NCBI GenBank assembly: GCA_903870815.1 | Contig: CAIQEI010000134.1 | Span: 51 to 64,050, forward strand | DNA: 64,000 nucleotides | DNA from: an uncultured Verrucomicrobia subdivision 3 bacterium | GTDB lineage: Bacteria > Verrucomicrobiota > Verrucomicrobiia > Limisphaerales > UBA11358 | Reading direction: 5' to 3' | Part shown: positions 18,553 through 28,071 of the stretch, piece after piece | How positions within the stretch are numbered: position 1 is the stretch's first letter | How the letters are laid out: every line of letters begins with the position of its first letter | Notes under the pieces: model-generated | The model's database searches: none | Told to the model about the DNA's origin: nothing | The model's input: only the letters and a program-made list of their open reading frames with translations | Translations under genes and position numbers: made by a program

Positions 18553-20700
18553 ATGGAACTGCGTGAATTTGCACAACAGGTGCTCTTTGGCTCTTCGCTG
18601 GAAGAAAAACTACGCGCACCGGACGTCATCACCGATGAATGTCCCGGTACCGCGCTGGCCACTCCCGCCATGCCCGGCCGGCCGCAAAATTTGATTTTCA
18701 AGCCGCACGGCACCGGCAAAAGCAAATTTCCCGGACTGCACCGGCTGGAGCAAGAGTCTGAACGCGGCAAGCTGCTGCATTTCTTCGGCAACCACGAACT
18801 GCTCGCCACGGAGCTGATGGCGCTGGTGCTGCTCAAATTTCCCGACGCGCCCGCCCCTTTCCGCCAAGGAGTTTTCCAGACCCTCAAGGACGAACAAGAG
18901 CACACGCGACTTTACATCGCCCGCATGAACTCATGCGGCCTGACTTTCGGCGAACTGCCGGTCAGCGGCTATTTTTGGCGGTGCGTCGCGCCGATGGAAC
19001 ACCCGATTGATTACGTGGCCAGCCTCTGCCTCACGTTCGAACAGGCGAATCTCGACTTCGCGCGCCACTTCGCCAAAAGCTTCGGCCAGGCAGGCGACGC
19101 GGAAACCTCCAAGCTGCTGGAAAAAATCTACCGCGATGAAATCGGCCACGTTGCCTACGGCCTGAAATGGTTCCGGCGCTGGAAAAATCCGAACGAGAGC
19201 GATTGGGAGGCATTCTGCCGCACGTTGAAATTTCCGCTCTCACCGCAGCGCGCAAAGGGATTTACCCTGAATGTCGAAGGCCGCCGCGCCGCCGGGCTGG
19301 ATGCGCAATTCATCGCCGAGTTGAATGTGTATTCGCAGTCCAAAGGACGCACCCCGAGCGTTTTTGTTTTCAATCCATTCACCGAGGGCCGACTGGCGGA
19401 AGGAAAGACCTTTAATCCCACCCTGCCCCAGGCGCAGCTCGCACGCGATCTGGAAAATCTGCCGCAGTTTTTGTGTCGTCAGGATGACCTCGTGCTCGTG
19501 CAGCAGAAACCGTCCAGGGAATTTTTATGCCACGTCAAACAAGCCGGTTTCCCGCTGCCGGAATTCGTGGCAATTAAAGACGTTGGCGCCCTGCAAGATC
19601 GCAAGCTCGGCCGGCTACGACCCTGGGCGTGGGGACCGGACAGCGTGGAACTGCTTCATCCATTCTTTTCCAGTGTCAGCGGCGAGCAACGCAGCACCGA
19701 ACAACGGTTCAATCCCGGCCTCGCGCGGCTTTATTCCAAGGCGTGGAGCGCGGGGTTTTTACGTAAAATATTGTCCGGCAACACCGACCATCGCCTGCCC
19801 GCCGAGGTAACGACCTCGACTGCCTGGCGCGGACAGAGCGCCGCACCCTATCTTTGCAACGAAAACGAAGTTGGCGTGGCGGTCAATTCCCTTGGTGAGG
19901 CATTCACCGCAATTGCTGAAATCCGCTCACGAAGGCACCACAAAATTATCGTCAAGGAAGCGTTCGGCGTGGCCGGCAGCAATGCCCTGCGGCTGTTCGA
20001 ACCGAACCTGCTGGAATCTCAAAAACGATGGCTGGCCAAGGCGTTTGACCACCAGCGCGAACTGGTCGTCGAACCGTGGCTAGAACGCGAGGAGGATTTT
20101 TCGATCCAGCTCGAGATGACGGCGGGGGGGTTGAAATTGTGCGGCTACACCGGGCTGATCACCGATGCGCGCGGCCAGTTTCTCGCCAATATCGCGGAGT
20201 CGCACCATCACCAGCGGATACCGGCGCGGATCATCTCGCGATTCCCCGGGTCGGCGGACATCAGCGGTCGGCTGCTGGATTTTTACGGCGAAGTTTTCGC
20301 GGCGCTCGAGGCCGAGTTGCGCCGGGCGAATTTCACCGGCCCGATGGGCATCGACGCGTTTATTTACCGGGATGCGGGCGGCGCGATGAAGTTGAAACCC
20401 ATCGTTGAGATCAACCCGCGTTACACTATGGGCCGGGTGCTGGTGGAATTAATGCGACAGACGGGTCAGGGCGGGTTTGGCCGGCTCCGGCTGGTCAACC
20501 GCGCGCAACTTCGAGCGGAAGGCTTTGAAGCATTTGCGGACTACGCGCGTTCGCTGGTGGAAAAATTCCCGCTGCAGCTCTCCAGCGGGCCAGTCGGCCG
20601 AATCCATCATGGAACACTGTGCCTAAACGATCCGGCTCGGGCAGAGGTTTGTCTCGCGGTGTTCCTGGTGGGCCGCACGGCGGCGGAAATCGGCGCGTGA
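18553..20700 (+). CDS. Fusion protein: DUF455 ferritin-like di-iron domain plus ATP-grasp-like domain
   Basis: The N-terminal ~245 aa carry ExxH-type ligand motifs (NHELLATE, KDEQEHT, FEQANLD, RDEIGHV). The C-terminal ~450 aa carry ATP-grasp-like blocks (KIIVKEAFGVAGSNA, ELVVEPWLE, GPMGIDAF...IVEINPRYTMG). Confidence 0.65.
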   Translation: MELREFAQQVLFGSSLEEKLRAPDVITDECPGTALATPAMPGRPQNLIFKPHGTGKSKFPGLHRLEQESERGKLLHFFGNHELLATELMALVLLKFPDAPAPFRQGVFQTLKDEQEHTRLYIARMNSCGLTFGELPVSGYFWRCVAPMEHPIDYVASLCLTFEQANLDFARHFAKSFGQAGDAETSKLLEKIYRDEIGHVAYGLKWFRRWKNPNESDWEAFCRTLKFPLSPQRAKGFTLNVEGRRAAGLDAQFIAELNVYSQSKGRTPSVFVFNPFTEGRLAEGKTFNPTLPQAQLARDLENLPQFLCRQDDLVLVQQKPSREFLCHVKQAGFPLPEFVAIKDVGALQDRKLGRLRPWAWGPDSVELLHPFFSSVSGEQRSTEQRFNPGLARLYSKAWSAGFLRKILSGNTDHRLPAEVTTSTAWRGQSAAPYLCNENEVGVAVNSLGEAFTAIAEIRSRRHHKIIVKEAFGVAGSNALRLFEPNLLESQKRWLAKAFDHQRELVVEPWLEREEDFSIQLEMTAGGLKLCGYTGLITDARGQFLANIAESHHHQRIPARIISRFPGSADISGRLLDFYGEVFAALEAELRRANFTGPMGIDAFIYRDAGGAMKLKPIVEINPRYTMGRVLVELMRQTGQGGFGRLRLVNRAQLRAEGFEAFADYARSLVEKFPLQLSSGPVGRIHHGTLCLNDPARAEVCLAVFLVGRTAAEIGA

Positions 20701-20777
20701 CGGGCAGAAAGCGGGCGGAGATTTTTTCGATCAGCTGGCCGATACGTGATCTCAAACACGTCAACAAACAAGCCAGA

Positions 20778-21959
20778 TTATGCAGCTTCGATTTTAATAG
20801 CCGGCACTGTGAAGAAGAACGTCGCACCTTTGCCCATTTCGCTTTCCACGCGCACCTCGCCGCCGTGCGCCTGCACGATGTGTTTCACGATGGAAAGGCC
20901 GAGACCCGTGCCGCCTTGATCGCGCGAACGCGCCTTATCAACCCGGTAAAATCGCTCGAACACCCGGTCGAGCGCTTCCGCCGGGATACCCGGCCCGTCG
21001 TCCTGCACGAAAATCTCCAGCCTGCCGTCGGCCAGTGTTTTCCCGGCCACCCGCACCGCACCGTTCGCGCGGCCGTATTTAATGGCGTTGTCCACCAGGT
21101 TGGCGAAGACCTGGTCAAGCCGGTTCACGTCGGCATGCGCGGTGAGCACCGGCAGGTCGTTCACCAGCTCCACGTTTTTGTTGTCGGCCTTGGAATGCAG
21201 GTCGACAAAAACCTTTTCCACGAGCGCGCTCAAGTCGACCGGCTGCAAATCCAGTTTCATCCGGCCGGATTCGAGGGCGGAGATGGTCAGCAAATCCTGG
21301 ATCAACAAATCAAGCCGTTGCGTGTTGCGCTCGATGATTTTCAGGAAACGCTCGGCCACCTCGGGATTGCCGCTCGCACCATCCAGCAGCGTCTCGACAT
21401 AGCCCTTGATGAGCGAGAGCGGGGTGCGCAACTCGTGGCTGACGTTGGCAACGAACTCCTCGCGTGTGCGCTCGAGCTGCTTGAGCCGCGTCAGGTCGCG
21501 GAAGACCAGAATCGTCCCATCGCGCTCGCCGGCGGCGTTGGTGATGACAGCGGCGTTGACCTGCAGCCAGCGCTCGTTCAAGTCCGGCAGCTTGATTTCG
21601 AAATCCAGCACCTGCTGTTCCGCCTCCACGCGCCGAACCAACTCGTCCAACTCGTGCAGGCGCAGCGCCTCGACGATGGTTTTGCCGCGCAACTCCGTCT
21701 TGAGGCCGAACAAGTTTTTGAACGCGCGGTTGACAAGGTAAACTTTCCGGCTGCGGTCCAGCAGCAGCAGGCCTTCCAGCATCGAATTGAACAGCACCTG
21801 CTGTTGAGCCTTGGCGTCGAGCGAGGTCTGCCGCTGCTGGCGCTGGGCGGCCTCGATCTCCGCCGCGCGCTGCTCCTGCTGCGCCTGGAACTTCGCCCGC
21901 CACCAGAGGTGGAGAGCGGCGGCACTAACCACGGCAAGGATGGTCAGGGCTGGCCACAT
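20778..21959 (-). CDS. Sensor histidine kinase, PhoR-like (TM, PAS, HisKA, HATPase)
   Basis: H-box SHELRTPL, N/G boxes DNAIKY, DDGPGIP and GTGLGLSIV. ATG 21959 (MWPALTIL); the upstream 49 codons in the track translate a repeat element. Confidence 0.85.
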   Translation of the reverse strand: MWPALTILAVVSAAALHLWWRAKFQAQQEQRAAEIEAAQRQQRQTSLDAKAQQQVLFNSMLEGLLLLDRSRKVYLVNRAFKNLFGLKTELRGKTIVEALRLHELDELVRRVEAEQQVLDFEIKLPDLNERWLQVNAAVITNAAGERDGTILVFRDLTRLKQLERTREEFVANVSHELRTPLSLIKGYVETLLDGASGNPEVAERFLKIIERNTQRLDLLIQDLLTISALESGRMKLDLQPVDLSALVEKVFVDLHSKADNKNVELVNDLPVLTAHADVNRLDQVFANLVDNAIKYGRANGAVRVAGKTLADGRLEIFVQDDGPGIPAEALDRVFERFYRVDKARSRDQGGTGLGLSIVKHIVQAHGGEVRVESEMGKGATFFFTVPAIKIEAA

Positions 21960-21976
21960 GACTGGGGAAAGGGAAA

Positions 21977-22080
21977 TTGAAGAAACATTGAACACTGAAC
22001 ATTGAACGCTGAACACCGGATCAAACCGGCCCGCCAAACTTTCAACGTTCGGAGTTCGATGTTTAGTATTCGATGTTCCC
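21977..22080. repeat. Intercistronic heptad-periodic imperfect hairpin element (copy 1)
   Basis: The left arm AACATTGAACACTGAACATTGAACGCTGAACA (21984-22015) pairs with the right arm GTTCGGAGTTCGATGTTTAGTATTCGATGTT (22047-22077) over about 24 bp, including T:G wobbles. Both arms are built of 7-nt units. Confidence 0.75.
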
Positions 22081-22083
22081 GCT

Positions 22084-22764
22084 TCACTCAACAAACCGAT
22101 ACCCAACGCCGCGCACCGTGTCCAGATGCTTTGAGGCCGGGCCGAGTTTTTCGCGGAGCCGGCGCATGTGCGTGTCCACGGTTCGCGTGTCGATCAGGCT
22201 ATCGTATTCCCACACGTCGCGCAAAAGCTGGTCGCGCGACTGCACCCGGCCCGAGCGCTGGGCCAGCATCACGAGCAGCTTGAACTCCGTCGCCGTCAAC
22301 TCGATCGGCTTGCCCTTCCAACTCGCGATGTGGCGCGGGAGATCGACGAGCAGATCACCGTAACGCAGTTGCTCCTTCGGCTTTTCCTCGGTCTGGAAGC
22401 GGGCCAAGATCTTTTTCACGCGCAGGAGCAGTTCGCGCGGGCTGAACGGCTTGGTCAGGTAATCGTCCGCGCCGAGTTCCAGGCCAAGCACGCGGTCAAT
22501 TTCCGCCGCCTTGGCCGTGAGCATGATGATGGGGACCTTGGCCGTGGTGGCATCAAGACGCAGCGTCTTGCAAATTTCAAAACCGTCCATCTCCGGCAGC
22601 ATCACATCCAGCACGATGAGATCGGGCGTCTGCGACCGGGCCTTCTTAAGGGCCTCCGCACCATCCACGGCCGTGGTGACGGCATAGCCAGCCTGCTTGA
22701 GGTTGAACTCGACGAGCTCCACCGCATCCGGCTCGTCATCCACCACTAAAATACGCGGTTTCAC
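22084..22764 (-). CDS. OmpR/PhoB-family response regulator
   Basis: Receiver domain (VVDDEPD, DVMLPEMDG) plus a winged-helix domain (TVRGVGYRF). GTG start at 22764. Confidence 0.85.
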   Translation of the reverse strand: MKPRILVVDDEPDAVELVEFNLKQAGYAVTTAVDGAEALKKARSQTPDLIVLDVMLPEMDGFEICKTLRLDATTAKVPIIMLTAKAAEIDRVLGLELGADDYLTKPFSPRELLLRVKKILARFQTEEKPKEQLRYGDLLVDLPRHIASWKGKPIELTATEFKLLVMLAQRSGRVQSRDQLLRDVWEYDSLIDTRTVDTHMRRLREKLGPASKHLDTVRGVGYRFVE

Positions 22765-22772
22765 ATTGCCAG

Positions 22773-22838
22773 TGTGACACGCGGTGATTCGTCACACAAT
22801 TTCATTCCGGTGACAACCGTGTGACGATTGGGTGACGA
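22773..22838 (-). promoter_or_regulatory. Pho-box-like direct repeats plus a dyad upstream of the response-regulator gene
   Basis: On the gene strand: TCGTCAC-N4-TCGTCAC-N4-TTGTCAC with an 11-bp period (plus-strand GTGAC at 22810, 22821, 22832). There is also an inverted repeat TGTGAC (22773-22778) / GTCACA (22791-22796). Confidence 0.45.
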
Positions 22839-22984
22839 ACCTGCGAATACCCGTTCAATTGACGCCGCTACCGCGCCACCACTATTTACGAGCCCTCCGG
22901 GCGGCGGTTGGAGCCGGTCGCCTGCGGAAAAGCCGGGGCGACATTCCGCTTTCGCGGAGCCAAATATTTTGTCACGCTCAGTTC

Positions 22985-24397
22985 ATGCCGATACCCGTCA
23001 TCAGCATCGCGCAGATGCGCGACTGGGAAGCCGCCACCTGGGCCACCGGCCAGACCGAGGCCGAGGTTATCCGCCGCGCCGGCAAACGCGTGGCCCGCCG
23101 GGCCCGCAAGCTCACCCGCGCCGGCGACACGATTCTTTTTCTAATCGGCAAGGGCCACAACGGCGACGACGCCCGCGCCGCCGCCAAGCAGCTCGAAGGC
23201 CGCCGCGCCGAGGTGCTAGAGGTTTTCCTGCCAGACACCGACCTGCTCCCGCTCGAATCCGCGCTCAAGGAGAAACACGCCCTGATTGTGGACGGACTGT
23301 TTGGCATCGGTTTGAACCGTCCGCTCTCCGAGGCGTGGCAGAAAATCATCGTCGCCGTCAACGCCAGCCAGATTCCCGTGCTGGCCGTGGATGTCCCCTC
23401 CGGCCTCAACGCGGACACCGGCGAAACCTTCGGCGCGGCCATCGCGGCGACGGTCACGCTCACCATCGGCGCGCCGAAAACCGGAATGCTCGCGCCGGCC
23501 GCTTGGCCGTTCGTCGGCCGGCTGGAAGTGGCGGATGAAGTGGGCCTGGTCCCCTGCCCGCTCCAATCGGATTGGCAGTGTACGCGACCGGAGGATTTTG
23601 AACATTTTCCGCCCGCGCGACCGGTGGCGGGCAACAAGGGCAGCTTCGGTCACGCCGCATTGGTCGCCGGAAGCTTCGGTTATCACGGCGCCGCAGTGCT
23701 AACGGTGCGCGGCGCGCAACGCGCCCAGCCGGGGCTGACGACGGTGTTCACGCAGGAAAACATTTTTCATCCGGTCGCCGCGCAGTTGCAATCCGCCATG
23801 GTGAATCTTTGGAAGCCGGATGCCAAATTACCGGAGAACACTTCGGCGCTGCTGATTGGACCGGGTCTGGCGGCGCCGGAAATCTTCACGGTGATGAAGG
23901 AATACACGCGCCGGCAGTGGCGCGCGGCGGTATTCCCGCTCGTCGTGGACGCCAGCGCACTGGACTTTCTGGCCGCGGAACCGTTCCAGAAAAATTTGAT
24001 CCGCGTGCTCACGCCGCACCCAGGCGAGGCAGCGCGGCTACTCAAGACCACGGCGGGGCAGGTGCAAACAGACCGCGTAGCGGCGTTGCGAGAAATCTCC
24101 CGGAAATTCGGCGACTGCTGGGTGGTGTTGAAGGGGCACCAGACGCTGGTCGGCCGCAGCGAGGGGAAAATTTTTGCGAACGGCTCCGGCAATCCTCACC
24201 TAGCGCAGGGTGGTAGCGGTGATTTGCTGTCCGGCTTCATCACCGGCCTGCTGGCGCAGCCAGCGCTGGCAGCGGACGTGGAGAACACCCTGCGCTACGC
24301 CGTCTGGCAGCACGGCGCGGCCGCGGACAAACTCACGCTGACGCGCGGCAACTGGACAGTGGAAGATCTGGCGGCGGAAATCGGAAATTCGCGGTGA
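22985..24397 (+). CDS. nnr: Bifunctional NAD(P)H-hydrate repair enzyme (epimerase/dehydratase)
   Basis: YjeF-N part (GKGHNGDDA) plus a carbohydrate-kinase part (GHAALVAGSFGYHGAAVL, GGSGDLLSGFITGLLAQ). ATG 22985. Confidence 0.85.
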   Translation: MPIPVISIAQMRDWEAATWATGQTEAEVIRRAGKRVARRARKLTRAGDTILFLIGKGHNGDDARAAAKQLEGRRAEVLEVFLPDTDLLPLESALKEKHALIVDGLFGIGLNRPLSEAWQKIIVAVNASQIPVLAVDVPSGLNADTGETFGAAIAATVTLTIGAPKTGMLAPAAWPFVGRLEVADEVGLVPCPLQSDWQCTRPEDFEHFPPARPVAGNKGSFGHAALVAGSFGYHGAAVLTVRGAQRAQPGLTTVFTQENIFHPVAAQLQSAMVNLWKPDAKLPENTSALLIGPGLAAPEIFTVMKEYTRRQWRAAVFPLVVDASALDFLAAEPFQKNLIRVLTPHPGEAARLLKTTAGQVQTDRVAALREISRKFGDCWVVLKGHQTLVGRSEGKIFANGSGNPHLAQGGSGDLLSGFITGLLAQPALAADVENTLRYAVWQHGAAADKLTLTRGNWTVEDLAAEIGNSR

Positions 24398-24404
24398 GCC
24401 CGGC

Positions 24405-25457
24405 TCACTTAACCTTTTCAATCTGAAAGCGGGCCGGGTCGTTGACGCCGAGCTGGAGCAGGACAGCGTTGGTATAAATCTGGTAATTGATTCGGGGCGG
24501 CGGGATGCTGAACAACTTTCTTTGGCGGGCGAGTTCCTTGAGCGCGAGCGTGTCGAGCGCCACGGGATCGCGGCTCAACCAGATCTGGTCGAGCACGGCG
24601 GCGTATTGCAAGTAGCTCGCGGGTCCGCCCTGATACTGGCCGAGCAGCGCGTCGGTGACGTTCAACACCACGCGGTCGCCCACGCTGGGCAGCGCGTAGA
24701 TTTCCGGCAGCGCCACCGCCAGCCGGTCGGGGTCGCCCTCAAACCGGCGGGTGTTGTCCACGCTCCCGAGGGTCAGGCTGAAAAAATGACCGCACAACCC
24801 GGCATCATTTTCGTTCAGCAGCGGCGCGACGGAGATAATCTTGTTCAGCTGCCGGCTGACGAGTTTGGAGACAAAGGATTTTTTACCGACGCCGTCGCCC
24901 TTCTGCCCGAATTCGGAATCACCCCACACCAGCGAGCCGACGACGGGCGAGTCAGGCAGGTAGTAGACTTTTTCGTCGTAGCCGGCCTCAACCGCGCCGG
25001 CCACACGCACGCCCAGCTGCTCGCCAAGCTGGAAATATCCGGCGGCGCGCAGGTCATCCGCGTGCTTGTCCCAAATGATGATTTTGTCCGACGACAAGCC
25101 CGCCGCGAGCAGCCCGCGCACGATGGCCGCGACCACGGCGGGGCGCGTGCCGGACAGCGGACCCGGCTGGGAAAATACCTTGATGCCGACGGTGTCGTTG
25201 GTGTGAACCAAGCTGCGCCAAGCGTCCGACACGCTGGTCGTGCGAGTCAGGGTGAACAGCCCGAGATCAAAGGCGGCGGACACGCGGGCATCATCCGCGA
25301 GGAAGGCGGACTGCAGACCGACGCCGTCCACCTCGACGATGCGGGCGGTGAGGTTCGTCGCGTGCAGTGGAAAAGCATCCGCCGCACCAGCGGAAAAACC
25401 GGCGAGGCAAACGGCCAGCCAGAGGAACGGCAACGGCAGCCGGCATTTCCTAATCAT
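24405..25457 (-). CDS. DUF362-domain protein with signal peptide
   Basis: Signal-like LPLPFLWLAVCLAGFSAGAADA. The body resembles DUF362 (VGIKVF..., IIIWDKH). ATG 25457. Confidence 0.55.
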   Translation of the reverse strand: MIRKCRLPLPFLWLAVCLAGFSAGAADAFPLHATNLTARIVEVDGVGLQSAFLADDARVSAAFDLGLFTLTRTTSVSDAWRSLVHTNDTVGIKVFSQPGPLSGTRPAVVAAIVRGLLAAGLSSDKIIIWDKHADDLRAAGYFQLGEQLGVRVAGAVEAGYDEKVYYLPDSPVVGSLVWGDSEFGQKGDGVGKKSFVSKLVSRQLNKIISVAPLLNENDAGLCGHFFSLTLGSVDNTRRFEGDPDRLAVALPEIYALPSVGDRVVLNVTDALLGQYQGGPASYLQYAAVLDQIWLSRDPVALDTLALKELARQRKLFSIPPPRINYQIYTNAVLLQLGVNDPARFQIEKVK

Positions 25458-25571
25458 AGTCGCGAACCTAATCTTAAACTGCTCCCCCACTCGATTAAGA
25501 TTAGGATTACGACAAAAACGGATCTGGGCGTTTCTTGACACTTTCGAGCGCGGATGTTACCACCACGGCGG

Positions 25572-27323
25572 ATGTCAGCAAAAATAAATTCAGTTCGGAG
25601 CGCAGTTTTATTGTTTGCGCTGGCGCTGGCAGTAGCCGGTTGCACACCAGCGGGGCCGCGCGCGCTGCTCAAAGGCAAGAAATACCTCGACCGCGGCGAC
25701 TACGCCGAAGCCGTGGCGCAGTTCAAGACCGCCACCGAATTGCTCGCGACGAACGCGTCGGCGTGGAATTATTACGGCGTGGCGCTGCAACGCGCCGGCC
25801 AGCCGGACGAATCCGTGAACGCCTACCACCGCGCGCTGGAACTGGATCGCGACCTGTTCGAGGCGCGTTTGAACCTCGGCACGTTGTTCCTCGAACAAAA
25901 CAAACCGGACGCGGCGAAGGCGGAGTTCACCGCCTGCACCCTGCGCCGTCCCAACGACCCGACCGGGTGGGTCAAGCTCGGTTTCGCGCAGTTGAAACTA
26001 GGCGAAACCGGACCGGCGGAACGAAGTTTCAGCGCGGTATATCATCTGGACACCAACAATGCCGAGGCGCTGAATGGTTTCGGCCTCGCCCGCATCCAGC
26101 GCGGCAAACCCCAGGATGCCGCACTTTTTTTCAATAAGGCCGTAAATATCCGACCGGATTATGCCGCCGCCATCCTGAACCTCGCGACTGCCAATCAGGA
26201 ATATCTTCACGACAACGGGGCCGCGCTGAAAAATTACCGCGCCTACCTCGCGCTCACGCCCCGGCCAGCCAATTGGGAGGAAGTGAACACCATCGCCGAC
26301 GCGCTGGAAAAAAGTCCCGCACCGGTCGCCGCCATCCCGCCGGCAAACCCGCCGGAAGCGAAGCCCGTTCCGCCGGCGGTTGCGGCGGCGGCGGAACCAA
26401 AGCCGCAACCTAAAAACACCGCGGTTTCAGGCTACCGCCCGGCGCAGTCGCCCCGGACCCAATCAGGAGCGAAGCCGCTGGTTTCCAATTTTCCGCCGGC
26501 GCGTCCGATTTCCCTCCCGCCAGCACAAGTGGTGCAGGTCGCGCCCGAACCCAATATCGTGACCACGCCCAACGCAACCGCGCCCGCGATGGAACCGGCG
26601 ACGGATGTTACGGCTCCGGCTCCGGCCCGGAAACCGGGCCTATGGCACCGGCTATTCGGTTCCTCCACCCCGGATAATTCAGCCAATTCAAAATTTGTGG
26701 CCAACGGGGTCACACCCCTGCCAGGCGAAACCCCTGCCCCGACCCTGCCGGCCGCCGGAGAGAAAAAGCCCGCCCCGGTGGTCATCATCCCACCTGCACC
26801 GGTCGATTTTCCGCGCTACAATTATCTTACCCCGCGGCCGCCAGCCGCCGGCGACCGGCGCGCGGCCAGCGGCGCCTTCACCCAGGCGCGGATGGCGGAG
26901 CAGGACAAACAATGGCCGGAAGCGCTAAAGGATTACCGCCAGGCGGTGGCACTGGATCCGTCGTGGTTCGAGGCGCAATACAACGCCGCCGTGATCGCGC
27001 ACCGGCTGCGGAATTATTCCGCCGCGCTCGCCGGCTACGAGACGGCGCTGGCACTCCAGCCGGATTCCCTGGATGCGCGCTACAATTTTGCGCTGGCACT
27101 CAAGGGAGCCGGCTATGTACCGGACGCGGCGGACGAGCTGAAAAAAATCCTCGCGACGGATCCCGGCGAGACGCGGGCGCACTTGGCGCTCGCCAACCTT
27201 TGCGCCCAATCGCTGCACGACCCGGCGCAAGCTCGGCGGCACTATCTCAAGGTGCTGGAACTCGACCCGAAGAATCCACAGACGCCGGACATCCGGTTCT
27301 GGCTGGCGGCGAACCCGCAGTAA
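25572..27323 (+). CDS. TPR-repeat lipoprotein with a Pro-rich central linker
   Basis: Lipobox LALAVAGC; TPR repeats at both ends (AWNYYGVALQRAGQPDESV..., YNAAVIAHRLRNYSAAL...); about 200 aa of Pro/Ala-rich spacer. Confidence 0.7.
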   Translation: MSAKINSVRSAVLLFALALAVAGCTPAGPRALLKGKKYLDRGDYAEAVAQFKTATELLATNASAWNYYGVALQRAGQPDESVNAYHRALELDRDLFEARLNLGTLFLEQNKPDAAKAEFTACTLRRPNDPTGWVKLGFAQLKLGETGPAERSFSAVYHLDTNNAEALNGFGLARIQRGKPQDAALFFNKAVNIRPDYAAAILNLATANQEYLHDNGAALKNYRAYLALTPRPANWEEVNTIADALEKSPAPVAAIPPANPPEAKPVPPAVAAAAEPKPQPKNTAVSGYRPAQSPRTQSGAKPLVSNFPPARPISLPPAQVVQVAPEPNIVTTPNATAPAMEPATDVTAPAPARKPGLWHRLFGSSTPDNSANSKFVANGVTPLPGETPAPTLPAAGEKKPAPVVIIPPAPVDFPRYNYLTPRPPAAGDRRAASGAFTQARMAEQDKQWPEALKDYRQAVALDPSWFEAQYNAAVIAHRLRNYSAALAGYETALALQPDSLDARYNFALALKGAGYVPDAADELKKILATDPGETRAHLALANLCAQSLHDPAQARRHYLKVLELDPKNPQTPDIRFWLAANPQ

Positions 27324-27365
27324 AATTTCGCTGGCATTTCCCGGCGGACGGTTTAATGATTGGGC

Positions 27366-28052
27366 ATGATTGCGGCTGCTACCCAAAATATTGCCTCGGG
27401 CAAATTATGGTTCAACTGGTTTGACGTGACGCTGGTGCTGGTGATTCTTTTCGGCTACTGGCGCGGACGTAAAAACGGAATGACCAAGGAATTTGTGCCT
27501 GTTACCCTATGGCTTACCATGGTCATCGCCGGGGCCTTCGGCTACGAACTTCTCGGGGACCTGCTCATCAAGCAGGGCGTGGTCAAAAGTGTGTTCGGCA
27601 AGCACTTCAATGAACAGACCGCCGCCTACGTTTCCAGCTATCTCATCATTGTGGTGCTGGTGTTTGTGGTGTTTTCCCTTTTTAAACGACGGCTCAATAC
27701 CAAACTTGAAGGCAGCAACGTATTCGGTTCGAGCGAATATTATCTCGGCATGGTCTGCGGCATGCTACGCTACGCCTGCATCCTGATTTTTGCCCTGGCG
27801 CTGCTCAACGCGCCGTATTACTCGCTGGCGGACAAGATTGCGGCCGAGAAATTCAATAACCGCTGGTTCGGCGGTGGTTTGTCCGGTTACAATGGAGATT
27901 TCTTCCCCACCGTGAGCGAACTGCAAACCTCCGTCTTCAAGGACTCTCTCAGCGGGCCGTTCCTGAAGGATAATCTTTCCGTATTGTTTGTGATCAGTGG
28001 CAACCCCGCCGGTCCACCGGCCAAAACCCCGGTCATTTCCATCGGGCAGTGA
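27366..28052 (+). CDS. cvpA: CvpA-family membrane protein
   Basis: WFDVTLVLVILFGYWRGRKNGMTKE start, typical of CvpA; 4 TM helices. Confidence 0.7.
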   Translation: MIAAATQNIASGKLWFNWFDVTLVLVILFGYWRGRKNGMTKEFVPVTLWLTMVIAGAFGYELLGDLLIKQGVVKSVFGKHFNEQTAAYVSSYLIIVVLVFVVFSLFKRRLNTKLEGSNVFGSSEYYLGMVCGMLRYACILIFALALLNAPYYSLADKIAAEKFNNRWFGGGLSGYNGDFFPTVSELQTSVFKDSLSGPFLKDNLSVLFVISGNPAGPPAKTPVISIGQ

Positions 28053-28071
28053 CCGCGCAGGGCGCCGAGCC

